DNA from: Mobula hypostoma
Taxonomy: Eukaryota
Length of the DNA: 64,000 nucleotides
Assembly: GCF_963921235.1 (NCBI RefSeq)
Contig: NC_086097.1
Span: 70,000,001-70,064,000, forward strand
Reading direction: 5' to 3'
Shown piece by piece: positions 13,162 to 27,059 of the stretch (the first letter of the stretch is position 1; the number at the start of each line of letters is the position of its first letter). The position numbers and the translations under genes are program-made. The notes below the pieces were generated by a model. The model did no database searches. It was not told where the DNA came from and saw only the letters and a program-made list of their open reading frames with translations.

Positions 13162-13855
13162 GAACACTTAGTCAGTGACAATGGACCACAGTTCGTTGTG
13201 GAACAGTTTCAATCATTCTGAAAATTAATGGAATAAGACATATTACACCTGTACCATGTCACCCAGCTACAAATGACTTGGTGGTAAGGTTTGTTCAGAG
13301 TCAGCAGAACTTACAACACTGACACCAAATCAGAAGCTTGCCAATTTCCTCCTTGCATATCACAATGCAGCACACTCCACAACCAACAATTCACCAGCTC
13401 TGCTGTTCCTGGTCTGTCCCTTGTGCTCCTGCTTGGATCTCCTCAAACCCAGTCTGAGAAGGAGTATGTAGGACAAACAGCTGAAACAAATTGAAGGCTC
13501 CTCAAGCAAAGAGGTTCGGCCTTTCATTTCTGGCCAAGTAGTCCTGGAGAGGGACTGCAGAGGTGATCAAAAGTGTGTACTTAGAAAGATTAAGGACAGA
13601 ACTGGACCACTCTCCTACACAGTGGAGATTGCATCCGATGTTACCTGGAGATGACACATCGATCAGTTGAGGAGAGCAGAGTCAATTGTAGGAGACTTTC
13701 TACAGTCCCAGAGTCAACTCCAACAACCACCATGGAGGAGGCCCAAGAAAATGAGTTTGCTTCATAGCCACAAACCTCAGCTGCCAAGCAGACTCCCCGC
13801 GCCCCCTTTTCAGGCAAGGCGTTTTATTTCACGAGATTAAGAAATCCTCCACGAT

Positions 13856-14186
13856 CTAGTGATCCTTGAAAGGTCATCATTAATGCCTCCACAATCTCTT
13901 CAGCCACCTCTTTGTACCCTGGGATCTAGTCCATCTGGTCCAGGTGACTTATCTACATTCAGACCTTTCAGTTTTGCAAGCACCTTCTGCTTAGTAACAG
14001 CAACTACATTCAGCTCTGCCCCTGACACTCTCAAATTGCTGGCATACTGCTGGTGTCTTCCACAATGAAAAATGAAGCGAAATACTTAGTCATTCGCCAT
14101 TTCTTTGTTCCCCACCCCCCATTTCTACCTCTCCAGTGTCATCTTCCAGCAGTCCAATATCTTGCCTCCCTTTTACTCTTTATATA
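13856..14186 (-). mobile_element. CR1 ORF2 fragment
   Basis: Reverse complement encodes a DKSPGPDGL.PRV.KEVAEEI-like segment, homologous to 24540-24870. Confidence 0.7.
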
Positions 14187-15617
14187 TAGTGCCTGTAAAA
14201 AGTACTACAGGCAATATATATATATAAATATAAATAAAGAGTTTTCATGTTTTATTGTTTTACAACGTTGAATCACAATGGATTTAAATTTGTTTTTTTT
14301 TGACACAATCAACAGAAAAAGAGACTCATGTTAAAGTGAAAACAGATCTCTACAAAGTGCTCTAAATTAATTACAAATATAAAACACAAAATAATTGATT
14401 GCATAAATACTCACTCCCTTCAAATCAGTATTTAGTAGATGTACATTTGGTAGCAATTACAGCCTTGAGTCTGTGTGGATAGGCTTCTATCAGCTTTTTC
14501 CCCATTTTTCTTTACAAAACCGCTCAAGCTCTGTCAGATTGCATGGGGATCATGAATGAACAATCTTTGCAAATCCAGCTACAAATTCTCAATTGGATTG
14601 AGGTCTGGACTCTGACTTGGCCACTCCAGGACATTAACTTTGTTGTTCTTAAGCCATTCCTGTGTAGCTTTGGCTTTATGCTTGGCATCATCGTCTTGCT
14701 GGAAAATAAATCTTTTCCCAAGTTGTAGTTCTCTTACAAGCTGCATTCATTTTACTTTCAACCTTCACAAGTCCTCCAGGGCCTGCTCCAGTGAAGCATC
14801 CCCACAGCATGATGTAGCTACCACCATGCTTCACAGTAGGGATGGTATGTTTTTGATGATGTGTGGTGTTTGGCTTACACCAAACATAGTGTAAACATAG
14901 TCCATTGGCCAAAAGGTTCAATTTTGTTTTCATCAGACCACAGAACCTTTTTCCAACTGACTTCAGAGACTCCCACATGCCTTCTGGCAAACTCTAGCCA
15001 AGATTTCATGGAGTTTTTTTTTCCCAACAGTGTCTTTCCCTTTTCCACTCTTCCATAAAGCTGCAAGTGGAGAAGCACCCAGGCAACAGTTGTTGTATGT
15101 GCAGTCTCTCCCATCTCAGCCACTGAAGATGGTAACTCCTCCATAGGTCTCTTGGTGGCCTCCCTTACTAGCCCCCTTGCACAGTCACTCAGTTTTTGAG
15201 GACAGCCTGATCTAGACAGATTTACAGCTGTGCCATATCTTTCCATTTTTTGATGATTGACTTAACTGTACTCCAAAGGATATTCAGTGACTTGGAAATA
15301 TTCTTGTATCCATCTCATGACTTGTACTTTTCAATAACCTTTTCGTAGAATTGCTTGGTATGTTCTTTTGTCTTTATAGTGTAGTGTTTGCCAGGATATT
15401 GACTCACCAGCAGTTGGACCTTTCAGATACAGGTGCATTTTTACTACAATCAATTGAAACACTTTGATTGCACACAGGCGATCTCCATTTAACTAATTAT
15501 GTGACTTTTAAAACCAATTGGCTGCACCAGTGATGATTTGGTGTTCTGGTGGGCAGGGGTGAATACTTATGCAATCAATTATTTTGTGTTTTATATTTGT
15601 AATTAATTTTGATCACC
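14187..15617 (-). mobile_element. Tc1/mariner DNA transposon, Passport-like, decayed
   Basis: Transposase fragments ..GCPQKLSD..LVREATKRP, VLWSDE.KIE, TVKHGG..IMLWGCF. Long terminal inverted repeats (one truncated near 15617). Same family as 22980-37788 in the opposite orientation. Confidence 0.88.
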
Positions 15618-15689
15618 CGATTCAATATTGTAAAATAGTAAAACATGAAAGACATATATATACTGTATATATCAAATGGACTCAGGTGT

Positions 15690-18600
15690 GTTCTTCGGCT
15701 GAGCATCAAGCATCTGGTCTACATGACATCTCCATGTCTGATCTCCTACTTCCACTGTGTACATCAGTGGTCCAATTCTTGTAGCTATCCTATCAGGTGT
15801 CCACTTATCTTCTTGGTAATCACGAGTTAGGACTTCCTATCCAATCTCAAAGCTCCTTGCTGCTTCACCTGGCAAGTGGCTGAACTGTTTATTCTGTACT
15901 TCTCTCCAGAGGTCTGGTTTCAGGAGGTCTAAGTGAGATCTCAGGTTCCTGCTCACAAACAGCATTGCAAATGTTTGATTTGTCGTCGCATGAACAGAGT
16001 TCTGATACGCAAAAAGGAATTTGTTCATCTTGTGCTGTAGAGAAATGTACTTGTCCATTGCTTTAATTGACTTCTTGAAAGTTTGGATAAACCTTTCAGC
16101 TAACCCATTCGTTGCTGGGTGGTGAGGAGCTGACTTGAAATGTCTGATGCCATTTTTCTTCATGATGTGTTAGGATTCTTTTGACGTGTATTGTGGTCCG
16201 TTGTCATTCACAATTTGTTCTGGTAAGCTATTTCTGGTGAAGAAAGTCCTCAGAACAGTCTTTGCTGACGTTGATTTCATTGGTATAACCTCTGGCCACT
16301 TTGAATGAGCATCCACAGCAATCAGAAACATGAGGTCTATGAATGGCCCAACAAAGTCAATATGTACTCTTTGCCATGGTGGTGATGGCCACTCCCACAG
16401 ATCTAACAGTGCCTGTGGGGGTGCATTTTGAACTTTTTGACATCCCAAACAGCATTTGGCCAAGTCTTCAATCTGTTTATCTATTCTTGGCCACCACAGG
16501 TAGCTGTAGGTGAGAACCTTCATCTCGACTGTACCCAGGTGTCCTTCATGCAGATTTTCTAATACTCTGGTGCGCAACTTAGAGGGAACCACAACATGAG
16601 ATCCACACATTAGCATTCTTTGACATACCGACAATTGTTCTCGTCTCGCTGAGAACTAGGGTTACCCTGGGCTGGCCATACTTGCATGGTGATTTCATAG
16701 ACTTTTGACAATATCGGGTCATTCCTTGTTTCCCTTTGTAGTTCAGAATTTGTTACCAGCAACTGGTCCACCAATGTGGTGTGGAACACTTCTACTAGGT
16801 CACAGTATGAAGATTTTTCTTCTTCAGTTGCTAGTAGTGGAAGATATGACAAGCCATCAGTATTGCTGTGTTGTTTGGTACCCTTGAAACCCATGTCGTA
16901 AGAATGGACTCCTGGGATTGAAAATGGACATAAAGGGGCCGGTGACCTATCACAAGCGTAAATTTTTGTCCATAGGGGTTATGGTGGAACCTCTTTATTC
17001 CCCATACTAGACTAAGGTCAATCTGTGTGTAGCTGCGTTCTGCACTTGTCAGTGATTTTGAAGCAAACGCGATTGGGCGTTCTGATCCATCTTTCATAGT
17101 GTGTGACAAAATGGCTCCAATGCCATAAGGGGACACATCACAGACCAGTTTGATGAGCAGGGATGGGTTGCAATGAGTGAGCAGGTCATCTGATGTTATT
17201 AGTCTCTTTGTTTCCTTGAATGCTTTTTCACGTCATTCTGACCATTCCCACTTTGCTCTTGTCTGTAACAGTGCGTTCAATGGATGCAGCACTGTAGCAA
17301 TGTTTGGGAGAAAATGGTGTAGTAGTTTACAAGGGGAAGTATGATCTGAGTTGTGATACATTTTCCAGTTTGGGTGCCTGCAGCACTGCATCTGTCTTCT
17401 CTTGTGACTTACGTAAGCCATGTTTGTCAATGATGTGTCCACAATATGAGATTTCTTTCTTGAAAAACTCACATTTTCTCTATTTGCACGCAAACCATAC
17501 TCACCCAGCCTGGCAAGCACTTTACAAAGGTTCTGGAGGTGTTCTTCATCATTTTTGCCCATCATGATGATGTCATCAAGGTAACATTGTTTTCCAGTGA
17601 TATCTTGGAGCACTTGGTCCATGGCTCTTTGCCAAATTGAAGGAGCTGATGCGATGCCAAAGATGAGAGAAAATTACTGGAACAGTCTCTGGTGAGTGTT
17701 GATTGTGAGGAACTTCCTGCTTGACTCCTCAGTCTCCATTTGCAGATAGGCTTGTGACAAGTCAATATTTGAAAACCTCTCATCGGCAGGCAAAAGTGCA
17801 ATAATGTTTTCTATTTGTGGCCGGGGATACTACACGGTATGCAGCACCAGGTTGATGCTCACCTTAAAATACCCACATATGCAAATGGCTCTGGCCTTCC
17901 CTTCCTTGATCACCGGAACAATGGGCATGGCCCAATCGCTCCACTCAGCCTTGGAGAGAATTCCAGATGCCTCCAAGTTCTGAAGTTCAGCATCCACTTT
18001 AGGACGTAGTGCGTAAGGCACTGGACACACTTTATGGAATCATGGTGTTGCTGCTTCCTTCAGTTCAGTTCCAGGCTTCGTGCCTTTGAATTTACCAATC
18101 CTCTTCTCAAACACCTTCTCATTAGCATTAAACATCTGTGACGGTCTCTGGTTAGTGCTACCATCTGGGCCACAATTGCTTGTTGAAGTGACACTGAGAG
18201 CTTTGACTGAGTGCCAGTCTAGTTGGATTTTTCTCAACCATTCACGTCCGAAAAGTGCTGGCCCTCTACATTTCAATACATAAAGCTCTAACTGTTGTGT
18301 TTGGCCTCCATACATCACATTATTTTTCAGTTTGTCTTTGGGACATTTTTTCACCTGTGTAGGTCTTTAGTGTCACTGAGGTTTTCTTTAATGGTAGCTT
18401 AGAAAACAGTCTGTTGTAGTCACCCTTTGGAATTATGAACAAAGTTGACCCTCTATCCAGCTCCATTTTCAGTTTTACAGTGGACACATCTATTGTGATC
18501 CAAGTGACTTTCTGACGTGCTTCAGTTATATTATGCAGTTCTAGGCATGACAGTTCATCTTTGTCAGATTCTGTTTTACATTCATTTGTTTTGTGTTTGA

Positions 18601-19115
18601 GACTTTCACTCGATTGTGCTTTTTGTCTGCCTTGCACATTCTCTCTATGTGACCTTGTCTGTGATATTCTGCAGATGTTTTCTTTGAACCAACAGTCATT
18701 TTCATCATGAGAGGCTTTTTGCACCATTCAGGGACATTCTGTGCATTTCACATTCTGACCTCCTTTTCTGTAGTTCTGTGGCATCCTTTGCTGTAGTCTC
18801 TAATGATATTGCAGTGGCCAATGCCCGTTCTAAGGTGAGGTCTCTTTTGGACACCAGCCTCTTTTGAGTGCTTTGCACATGTTGATTCAGTCCCATCCTC
18901 ATCACCCACTTGTTGCGTCTGTGCACAACTACTTATCACTTAAATAAAAGCATGCATGCGGGAGATAGCTTTAACTGGTGTATTCACATTGAGAGAGAGA
19001 GAGAGAACAATGCGCATGCCTAGACAACAGGGCACGTGTAGACAACAGATCAATACATAGTGCTGGGGGTGGGGGGGGGGTCATTGCTCTAAAAGAAATA
19101 GATCCATACATTACA
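15690..19115 (-). mobile_element. Decayed Ty3/Gypsy LTR retrotransposon (second family; 5' LTR and PBS present, gag partly deleted, 3' LTR missing)
   Basis: LTR 18911-19115 (TG..CA), followed by a tRNA-Ser-type PBS TGGGTGATGAGGATGGGA. Motifs: PR MELDRGS, RT CYLDDII, RH ERPIAFASKSL, IN LHEGHLG..CxxC..HIDF.GP..DNGPQ..HPATNGLAERF. Confidence 0.9.
18911..19115 (-). repeat. 5' LTR
   Basis: TGTAATG...GCAACA ends, adjacent to the PBS at 18891-18908. Confidence 0.7.
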
Positions 19116-19544
19116 GTTCAAGATTGGCTATCAATGTTATATCAGTAAATCATAGCTTGGGAAATTCTTCCAAGTATCGACCATCCTCTAAGTCTAATGA
19201 CACAAAATTAACATACCTGCAAAGTGGAAGGGGAATCCATGCAATTAAAACTGTAATAAAACACCAGGAAACAAAATTTATTCTGCAAATAAGCAGTGAA
19301 CTGTAAAGAGTACAACACAGGGGGGATTAATCAGATGGAGGATCCGCTTGCTGTAATGTGGGTGTTTGATAGGATAGACAAGGAGAAACTGTTCCAACTG
19401 GAACATAAATAAGTGGAGCATAAGTTGGTCACTGAGCTCTTCAATGCTTTCTCACCATTCCGGATAATCAAGATTGACTATTTATCTCAATGCCACATTC
19501 CTGCTCTCCTCTCATACTCTCCTTAATGCCTCTTTTCTCTTTCC

Positions 19545-20180
19545 TCTTTAAAGATAATAAATGATGTGGCCTCTACATTCATTTGTGACAGAAGATTGGC
19601 TGACGGGCAGGTGGTAAAGAATGGGAAGAAAGGGGGCCTTTTCTGGTGGCTGCCGGTAGCTACTGGTGTGAGGACAGCTTCTTTTCACGTTATACAGCAT
19701 GTCAATGATTTGGATGATGGAATTGATGGCTTTGCAGGTGATAGGAAGATAAGTGGAGGGGGCAGGTAGTGTTAAGGAAGCAGGGTGTTTGCAGAAGGAT
19801 TTACACAGATTAAGAGAATGGGCAAAGAAGTGGCAGGTGGAATATAACATGGCAAACTGTACGGTCAAGCATTTTGGTAAAATAAATAAAGGCATATACT
19901 ATTGTCTAAATGGGGAGAAAATTCAGAACTTCGAGGTGCAAAGGGACGTGGGAGTCGTCCTTAATAGGATTCCCTCAAGGTTAGATTGCAGGCTGAGTCA
20001 GTGATATGGAAAGCAAAAGGTATGTTAGCTTTCATATGAGAAGTGTTTGATGTATCTGGAGATTATGAGAATGAGGGGGGATCTCAGTGAAACCTATCAA
20101 ATATTGAAGGCCTAGATTGAGTGGACGTAGAGAGGATATTTCCTACAGTGGTGGAATCTAGGACCAGAGGCATAGCCGTT
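19545..20180 (+). mobile_element. Degenerate CR1 fragment
   Basis: NDLDDGIDGF, LQKDL.RL.EWAKKWQ motifs; internal deletion. Confidence 0.8.
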
Positions 20181-20839
20181 ATTTCAGATGCCTAGGCCGA
20201 GTATATATCCTTCTCTCATCCACCATGCCTGGCCCTGTCAGAATTTGCAGGTTCAATTAGATCTCCTTTCGGTCTTTTAAATATAGTGAACTTCCTAGTA
20301 GTGATGTTTCCAAACGCATGGTGGCCTTGTCCTCTTTGTGCAAAAGGTCAGTGGATTAAACACACTATTGGATATCCACTTTTGACACATCTCTGTAATT
20401 TAATCAGTGTGTGGGCAAAGAACAGAAGAGTGCAAAATAATTCCATTTAATATTCATAGGTCCTCACTGAGACTGAAAGCTTGCCGAATACTTAACAGGG
20501 AACTTGTAAAGACCTAGGAATTTGTGGTTTTGACCCCTGCTTTAAATTGCTGAACTTAGCCATTTGGTTGCAATCGATCATTGAGGGAGAGAATCAACCA
20601 GTGTTCCTAGTCCAGATCAATTGATCTTTAAAAGTACATATGCAAGTTGATTGGCAACACCTTAGATGCTTGCTCCTTGTTAGGTACTATTCCCGCTTCT
20701 TAAGTCTGGGTATGCAAACTTAACTATTCAGTTAGGGTATGAATGGGCAATAGGCAGCCATTGACATGCTCCCAATTAGGAAGAAGGTTGCATGTAGATT
20801 TAAAGAACAGCTCAATGAACCCAATTGATAACACAAACA

Positions 20840-21377
20840 CACTCAGTGGCCACTTGATCAGGTGTACCTGCACACCTGTTGGTTAATGCAAATATCTAGT
20901 GAGCCAATCATGTGGCAGCATCTCAATGGATAAAAGGATGCAGACATGGTCAAGAGGTTCAGCTGTTGTTCAGACCAAACATCAGAATGGGGGAAGAAAT
21001 GTGATCTAAGTGACTTTGGCTTTGGTATGATTGTTGGTGCCAGGCAGGGTGTTTTGAGTATCTCAGAAACTGTTGATCTCCTGGGATTTTCATGCACAAC
21101 AGTTCTGAGTTTATGGAGAATGGTGTGAAAAACAAAAAAACATTCAGTGAGTGGCAGGTCTGTGGGTGAAAAAGCCTTGTCAATGAGAGAGGTCAGAGGA
21201 GAATGGCCAGACTGGTTCAAGCTGACAGAAAGGTAACAGTAAGTTAAATAATCATGTATTACAACAGCGATGTGTAGCAGAACATGTCTAAATGCACAAT
21301 ATGTCAAACCTTGAAGTGGATGTGCTACAGCAGCAGGAGATCACATTGGGTACCATTCCTGTGCCTAATAAAGTGTG
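20840..21377 (+). mobile_element. Internally deleted Tc1-like element (non-autonomous)
   Basis: TIR-like ends cactcagtggccact.. and ..cctaataaagtg; HTH remnant GKKCDLSDF..GMIVGARQG.LSISET.DLLGFS. Confidence 0.8.
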
Positions 21378-23052
21378 TACTTGCTTTTCAGCATTTTGTT
21401 ATACTCTTGTCTTTCAGTGGTTTCATTCTTTAATCTAATTTATTTCATATCTTTATAAACATGATGCAAATATGACAGCATATTTCCGAAGGGCAGTGGG
21501 TAGACTTTTGAATCAAGTTGCACATTAATATATTTAACATAACTAATGTCCAAAAGAATACTGCATGGTTGGAGTGAGAACTTATCCAATTATAAGACTC
21601 TAAATGCCTTACAGTACTGGAATTTAACTGTACCAACAGTGTTATGGATTGTATCTGTGTTTACCTGAAGGCATTTAGAAGAATACTGTGATAGGCAGGA
21701 AAACATTGAAGAGTTCTCCCAGAGCAGCTTCCTCCTTTTTTGGGGTGTATCCAATGCCTTTCCATTGCCTTTTGGCACCTCAAACAAGTAGTTACTGTTC
21801 AAGTGTCTAGACCTAAGGAGTGGGAAAATAGGCCGTAGGTTGAAATCACAAATTTCTTGGTCTTTATTGGATCCTTATTAAGTATTTAACAGAATAGCAG
21901 CCACTTAGGATCTAGAAGTACATTTCTAAAATATGGAGGACAAGACAGCAAATACAAGGGAAAACCTCTCCAAGGTATAAATTTCTTTGAAATGGAAAGC
22001 TACTGCTATTCTTTTATAGAACATAAAAGATTACAGCACAGGAACAGGCCATTTTCATGCAGGTCATTTATACAAATTACAAACAGCAGTGGTCCCAGCA
22101 CAGTCCCCTGCGGAACTCCACTAATTACAGGCCTCCAGCTTGAATCCCTTCAACCACTAACCTCTGTCTTCTATGGGCAAGCCAGTTCTGAATCCAAACA
22201 GCCAATTTGCTGCGGATCCCATGCATCATAATCTTCTGGATTAGCCTCCCATGAGAGACTTTATCGAAAGCCTTACTAAGATCCATGTAGACAACATCCA
22301 TTGCCCTGCCCTCATCAATCTCTCTTATCATCTCGTTAAAAAACTCAGCGAAGTTGGTAAGGCTCAACCTGCCATGCTGAAAGCCATGCTGGCTCTCCCT
22401 AATTAAGCCATGGGATTCTAAATGCTCATATGTCCTATTCCTCAGAGTTTTCTCCAGCAATTTCCCTACAATGACATGAGACTCACCGGTTTTATAGTTC
22501 CTAGAATTTTCCATTCTTCCCTTTTCAAATAGAGGTACAACATTAGCCTCTCGCCAGTCCTAACATATTTATACACTCAGCACTGATCTCCCGGTCCTCC
22601 ATATCCTTTTCCTTAGTAAATACTGAAACAAAGTCCTCATTATATACCCCACTCACATTCTTTGCATCCAAGTGAATGTTCTCCCCTTTATCCTTGAGTG
22701 ACCCATCGTCTCCTTAGTTACCCTCTTGCTCCTGATGCCTTGGGATTCACCTTCATCCCACTTGCCAAGGACTTTTCATGGCCTCTCCTGGTTTCCCTAA
22801 TTCCTTTCTTTAGTTCTTTTCTGGCTTCTTTATACTCCTCATGTGCTTTGCTTGATCCTGACCTCCAAAGCTTTACATACTTTTCCTTTTCCTTCTTGAC
22901 TAAACTTATCTCCTCTCTGAGCATCCAAGGTTCTCTTATCTTTCCTTCCCTCCCTGTCCTTCCTTCTAAAATGAACATATAGTGCCCATAAAAAGTATTC
23001 ATCCCTCTTGGAAATTTTAATGTTTTATTGTTTTACAAAATTGAATCACCGT

Positions 23053-26000
23053 AAGACAAAGACAAAGGAGCAGAAGTCGGCCATTCGGCCCATCGAGTCT
23101 GCTCCGCCATTTTATCATGAGCTGATCCATTCTCCTATTTAGTCAAACTCCCCCGCCTTCTCACCATAACCTTTGATGCTCTGGCTACTCGGATACCTAT
23201 CAATCTCTGCCTTAAATACATCCAATGACTTGGTCTCCATTGCTGCCCCTGGCAACAAATTCCACAGATTCACCACCCTCTGACTAAAAAAATTTCTTCG
23301 CATTTCTGTTCTGAATGGGCGCCCTTCAATCCTTAAGTCATGCCCTCGTACTAGACTCCCCCATCATGGGAAACAACTTTGTCACATCCACTCTGTCCAT
23401 GCCTTTCAACATTCGAAATGTTTCTATGAGTTCTCCCCTCATTCTTCTAAACTGTAAGGAATACAGTCCAAGAGCGGACAAATGTTCCTCATATGTCAAC
23501 CCTCTCATTCTCGGAATCATTCTAGTGAATCTTCTCTGTACCCTCTCCAACGTCAACACATCCTCTCTTAAATAAGGAGACCAAATCTGCCCACAGTACT
23601 CCAAGTGAGGTCTCACCAGCGCCTTATAGAGCCTCAACATCACATCCCTGCTCCTATACTCTATTCCTCTAGAAATGAATGCCAACATTGCATTCGCCTT
23701 CTTCACCACCGACTCAACCTGGAGGTTAACCTTAAGGGTATCCTATACGAGGATTCCCAAGTCCCATTGCATCTCAGAACTTTGAATTCTTTCCCCAGTT
23801 AAATAATAGTCTGCCTGTTTATTTCTTCGGCCAAAGTGCATAACCATACACTTTCCAACTTTCCAACATTGTATTTCATTTGCCACTTCTTTGCCCATTC
23901 TTCCAATCTATCCAAGTCTCGCTGCAGACTCTCTGTTTCCTCAGCACTACCGACCCCTCCACCTATCTTCGTATTGTCAGCAAACTTAGCCACAAAGCCA
24001 TCTATTCCATAATCCAAATCGTTGATGCACAATGTAAAAAGAAGCGGACCCAACACGGACCCCTGTGGAATACCACTAGTAACCGGCAGTCAACCAGAAT
24101 AGAATCCCTTTATTCCCACTCTCTGTTTCCTGCCAATCAGCCAATGCTCTATCCACGTATGTAACTTTCCCGTAATTCCGTGGGCTCTTATCTTGTTAAG
24201 TAGCCTCATGTGTGGCACCTTGTCAAAGGCCTTCTGAAAATCCAAATATACAATATACACTGCATCTCCCTTGTCTAGCCTACTTGTAATTTCCTCAAAA
24301 AATTGTAATAGGTTTGTCAGGCAGGATTTTCCTTTAAGGAATCCATGCTGAGTTCTGCCTATCTTGTCATATGCCTCCAGGTACTCTGTAACCTCATCCT
24401 TGACCATTGACTCCAATAACTTCTCAACCACTGATGTCAAGCTAACAGGTCTATAATTTCCGTTTTGCTTCCTTGCCCCCTTCTTAAATAGCGGAGTGAC
24501 ATTTGCAAACTTCCAGTCCTCAAGAACCATGCCAGAATCTATTGACATTTGAAAGATCATTGCTAATGCCTCCGCAATCTCCAGGGCCACATCCTTCAGA
24601 ACACGAGGGTGCATTCCATCTAGTCCGGGAGATTTATCTACCTTTAGGTTATTCAGCTTCCTGAGTACTTTCTCTGTCGTAATTGTGACTGCACACACTT
24701 CTCTTCCCTGCTACCCTTGAGTGTCTGGTTTACTACTGATGTGTTCCTCAGTGAAGAGTGATGAAAAATACTCGTTCAGTTCCTCTGCCATCTCCTTATC
24801 TCCCATTACAATTTCTGCAGCATCATTTTCTATCGGTCCTATATCTACTCTCACCTGTCTTTTACTCTTTATATACTTGAAAAAGCTTTTAGTATCCTCT
24901 TTGATATTATTTGCTAGCTTCCTTTCATAGCTCATCTTTTCCCTCTTAATGACCTTCTTAGTTTCCTTTTATAAGCTTTTAAAAACTTCCCAATCCTCTG
25001 CCTTCCCACTAATTTTTGCTTCCTTGTATGCCCTCTCCTTTGCTTTAACTTTGGCTTTGACTTCTCATCAACCACGGTTGCATCCTTCCTCCATTTGAAA
25101 ATTTCTTCTTTTTTGGAATATACCTTTCTTGCACCTTCCTCACTTCTCGCATAAGCTCCAGCCACTGCTGCTCTGTCGTCCTTCCTGCCAGTGTCCCTTT
25201 CCAGTCAACTTTGGCCAGTTCCTCTCTCATGTCACTGTAATTTCCTTTACTCCACTGAAATACCGACACATCAGATTTCAGCTTCTCTTTTTCAAATTCC
25301 ACAGTGAACTCAATCATGTTATGATCACTGTCTCCTAAGGGTTCCTTCACCTCAATCTCTTTAATCACCTCCGGTTCATTACACAATACCCAATCCAGTA
25401 CAGCTGATACCCTAGTGGGCTCAACAACAAGCTCTTCTAAAAAGCCATCTCGCAGACATTCTACAAATTCTCTCTCTTGAGATCCAGTGCCGACCTGATT
25501 TTCCCAATCCACTCGCATGTTAAAATCCCCCACAATTATCATAACACTGCCCTTCTGACAAGCCTTTTCTATTTCCTGTTGTAATTTGTAGTCCACATCA
25601 CTGCAGCTGTTTGGAGGCCTATAAATAACTGCCATCAGGGTCCTTTTACCCCTGCAATTTCTTAGCTCAACCCATAAAGATTCTGCACCTTCCGATCCTA
25701 TGTCACCTCTTTCTAATGATTTAATATCATTTCTTACCAATAAAGCCACGCCTCCCTCTCTGCCTACCTTCCTATCTTTCCGATACACCGTGTATCCTTG
25801 GACGTTCAGCTCCCAGATACATGCATCCTTTAGCCACGTCTCAGTGATGCCAATCTGTAGCTGTAAGATCATCCACCTTATTCCTTATGCTGCGTGCATT
25901 TAAGTATAACACCTTAAGACCAGTATTTAGTACCTTTAGCTTTGATTTCACTGCAACTTTATTGCACTGCAACTCATCCCAATGGCTACAAATTTGCCCC

Positions 26001-26722
26001 ATCACCTGCCTGTCTTTCCTGACATCTTTACTGCTCACTATCTTAGATTTATTTCTGTTTTCCCCTTCCTCCGCTCTATCATTCCGGTTCCCATCCCCCC
26101 GCCAAATTAGTTTAAACCCTCTCTAACAGCTCTATTAAACCTTCCTGCCAGGATATTGGTGCCCTTCAAGTTCAGGTGTAACCTGTCCATTTTGAACAGG
26201 TTATACTTCCCCCAGAAGAGATACCAATTATCCAAGAATCTGAAGCCCTACCCCCTGCACCAGTCTCTCAGTCACACATTCATCTGCCTGATCCTACTAT
26301 TCTTGCCCTCGCTAGCACGTGGCACAGGTCACAATCCCGAGATTACTACCCTGGAGGTCCTGCTTCTCAGCTTCCTTCCTAACTCCCAGAAATCTTTCTT
26401 CAGGACTTCCTCCCTTGTCCTATCTATGTCATTGGTACCAACATATACCAAGACAACTGGCTACTCGCCCTCCCCCTTCAGAATATTCTGGACCCGATCC
26501 GAGACATCCCGTACCTGGCACCTGGGAGGCAACACACCATGTGGGTATCTCTATCAGGCTCACAGAATCTCCTGTCCGTTCCCCTGACTATGGCATCTCC
26601 TACAACTACCGCATTCCTCTTCTCCCTCCTTCCCTCCTGCACAACAGCGCCAGGCTCAGTGCCAGAGACCTGGTCACCATGGGCGTCCCCTGTCAGGTCA
26701 TCCCCCTCAACAGCATCTAGAA
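23053..26722 (-). mobile_element. CR1 LINE (part of esterase ORF1 plus ORF2, frameshifted)
   Basis: APE motifs (NARSIRNK, GITETWL, GDFN, SDH), RT motifs (DFQKAFDKV, KFADNT), microsatellite tail (tgtctt)n; inserted in the left Tc1 TIR. Confidence 0.93.
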
Positions 26723-27059
26723 CACAGTGGATTTAATTTGGCTTTTTTTGTCACTTATCACCAGAAAAAGACACTTCCGTAATAAAGGGAAAACAGATCT
26801 CTAGAAAGTGATCTAAATTAATTACAAATATAAAACACAGAATAATTGATTGCATAAGTATTCAACCTCCTTTAAAACAAAACACCAAATCATCACTTGT
26901 CCAGCCAATTGGTTTTAAAAGTCACATAATTAGCTAAATGGCGACCTGTTTTTGGAGACCTGTAAACAGTCAAGGTGATTCACTTGATTTGAGTGAAAAT
27001 ACACCTGTATCCGGAAGGTCCAACTGCTGGTGAGTCAGTAACCTGGCAAAAACTACACC

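Larger units (their letters stand above)
8746..13855 (+). mobile_element. Decayed Ty3/Gypsy LTR retrotransposon (5' LTR, gag, PR, RT, RH, IN; 3' LTR missing)
   Basis: LTR 8746-8990 (TGTTGTG..) is homologous to the LTRs at 54783/58713. Motifs: gag LIAECFRFHKQNQ, RT VRICGDFKVT..YPLPRIE, RH LACDA.PY, IN LVSDNGPQF and HPATN. Interrupted by a Hero LINE. Confidence 0.9.
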
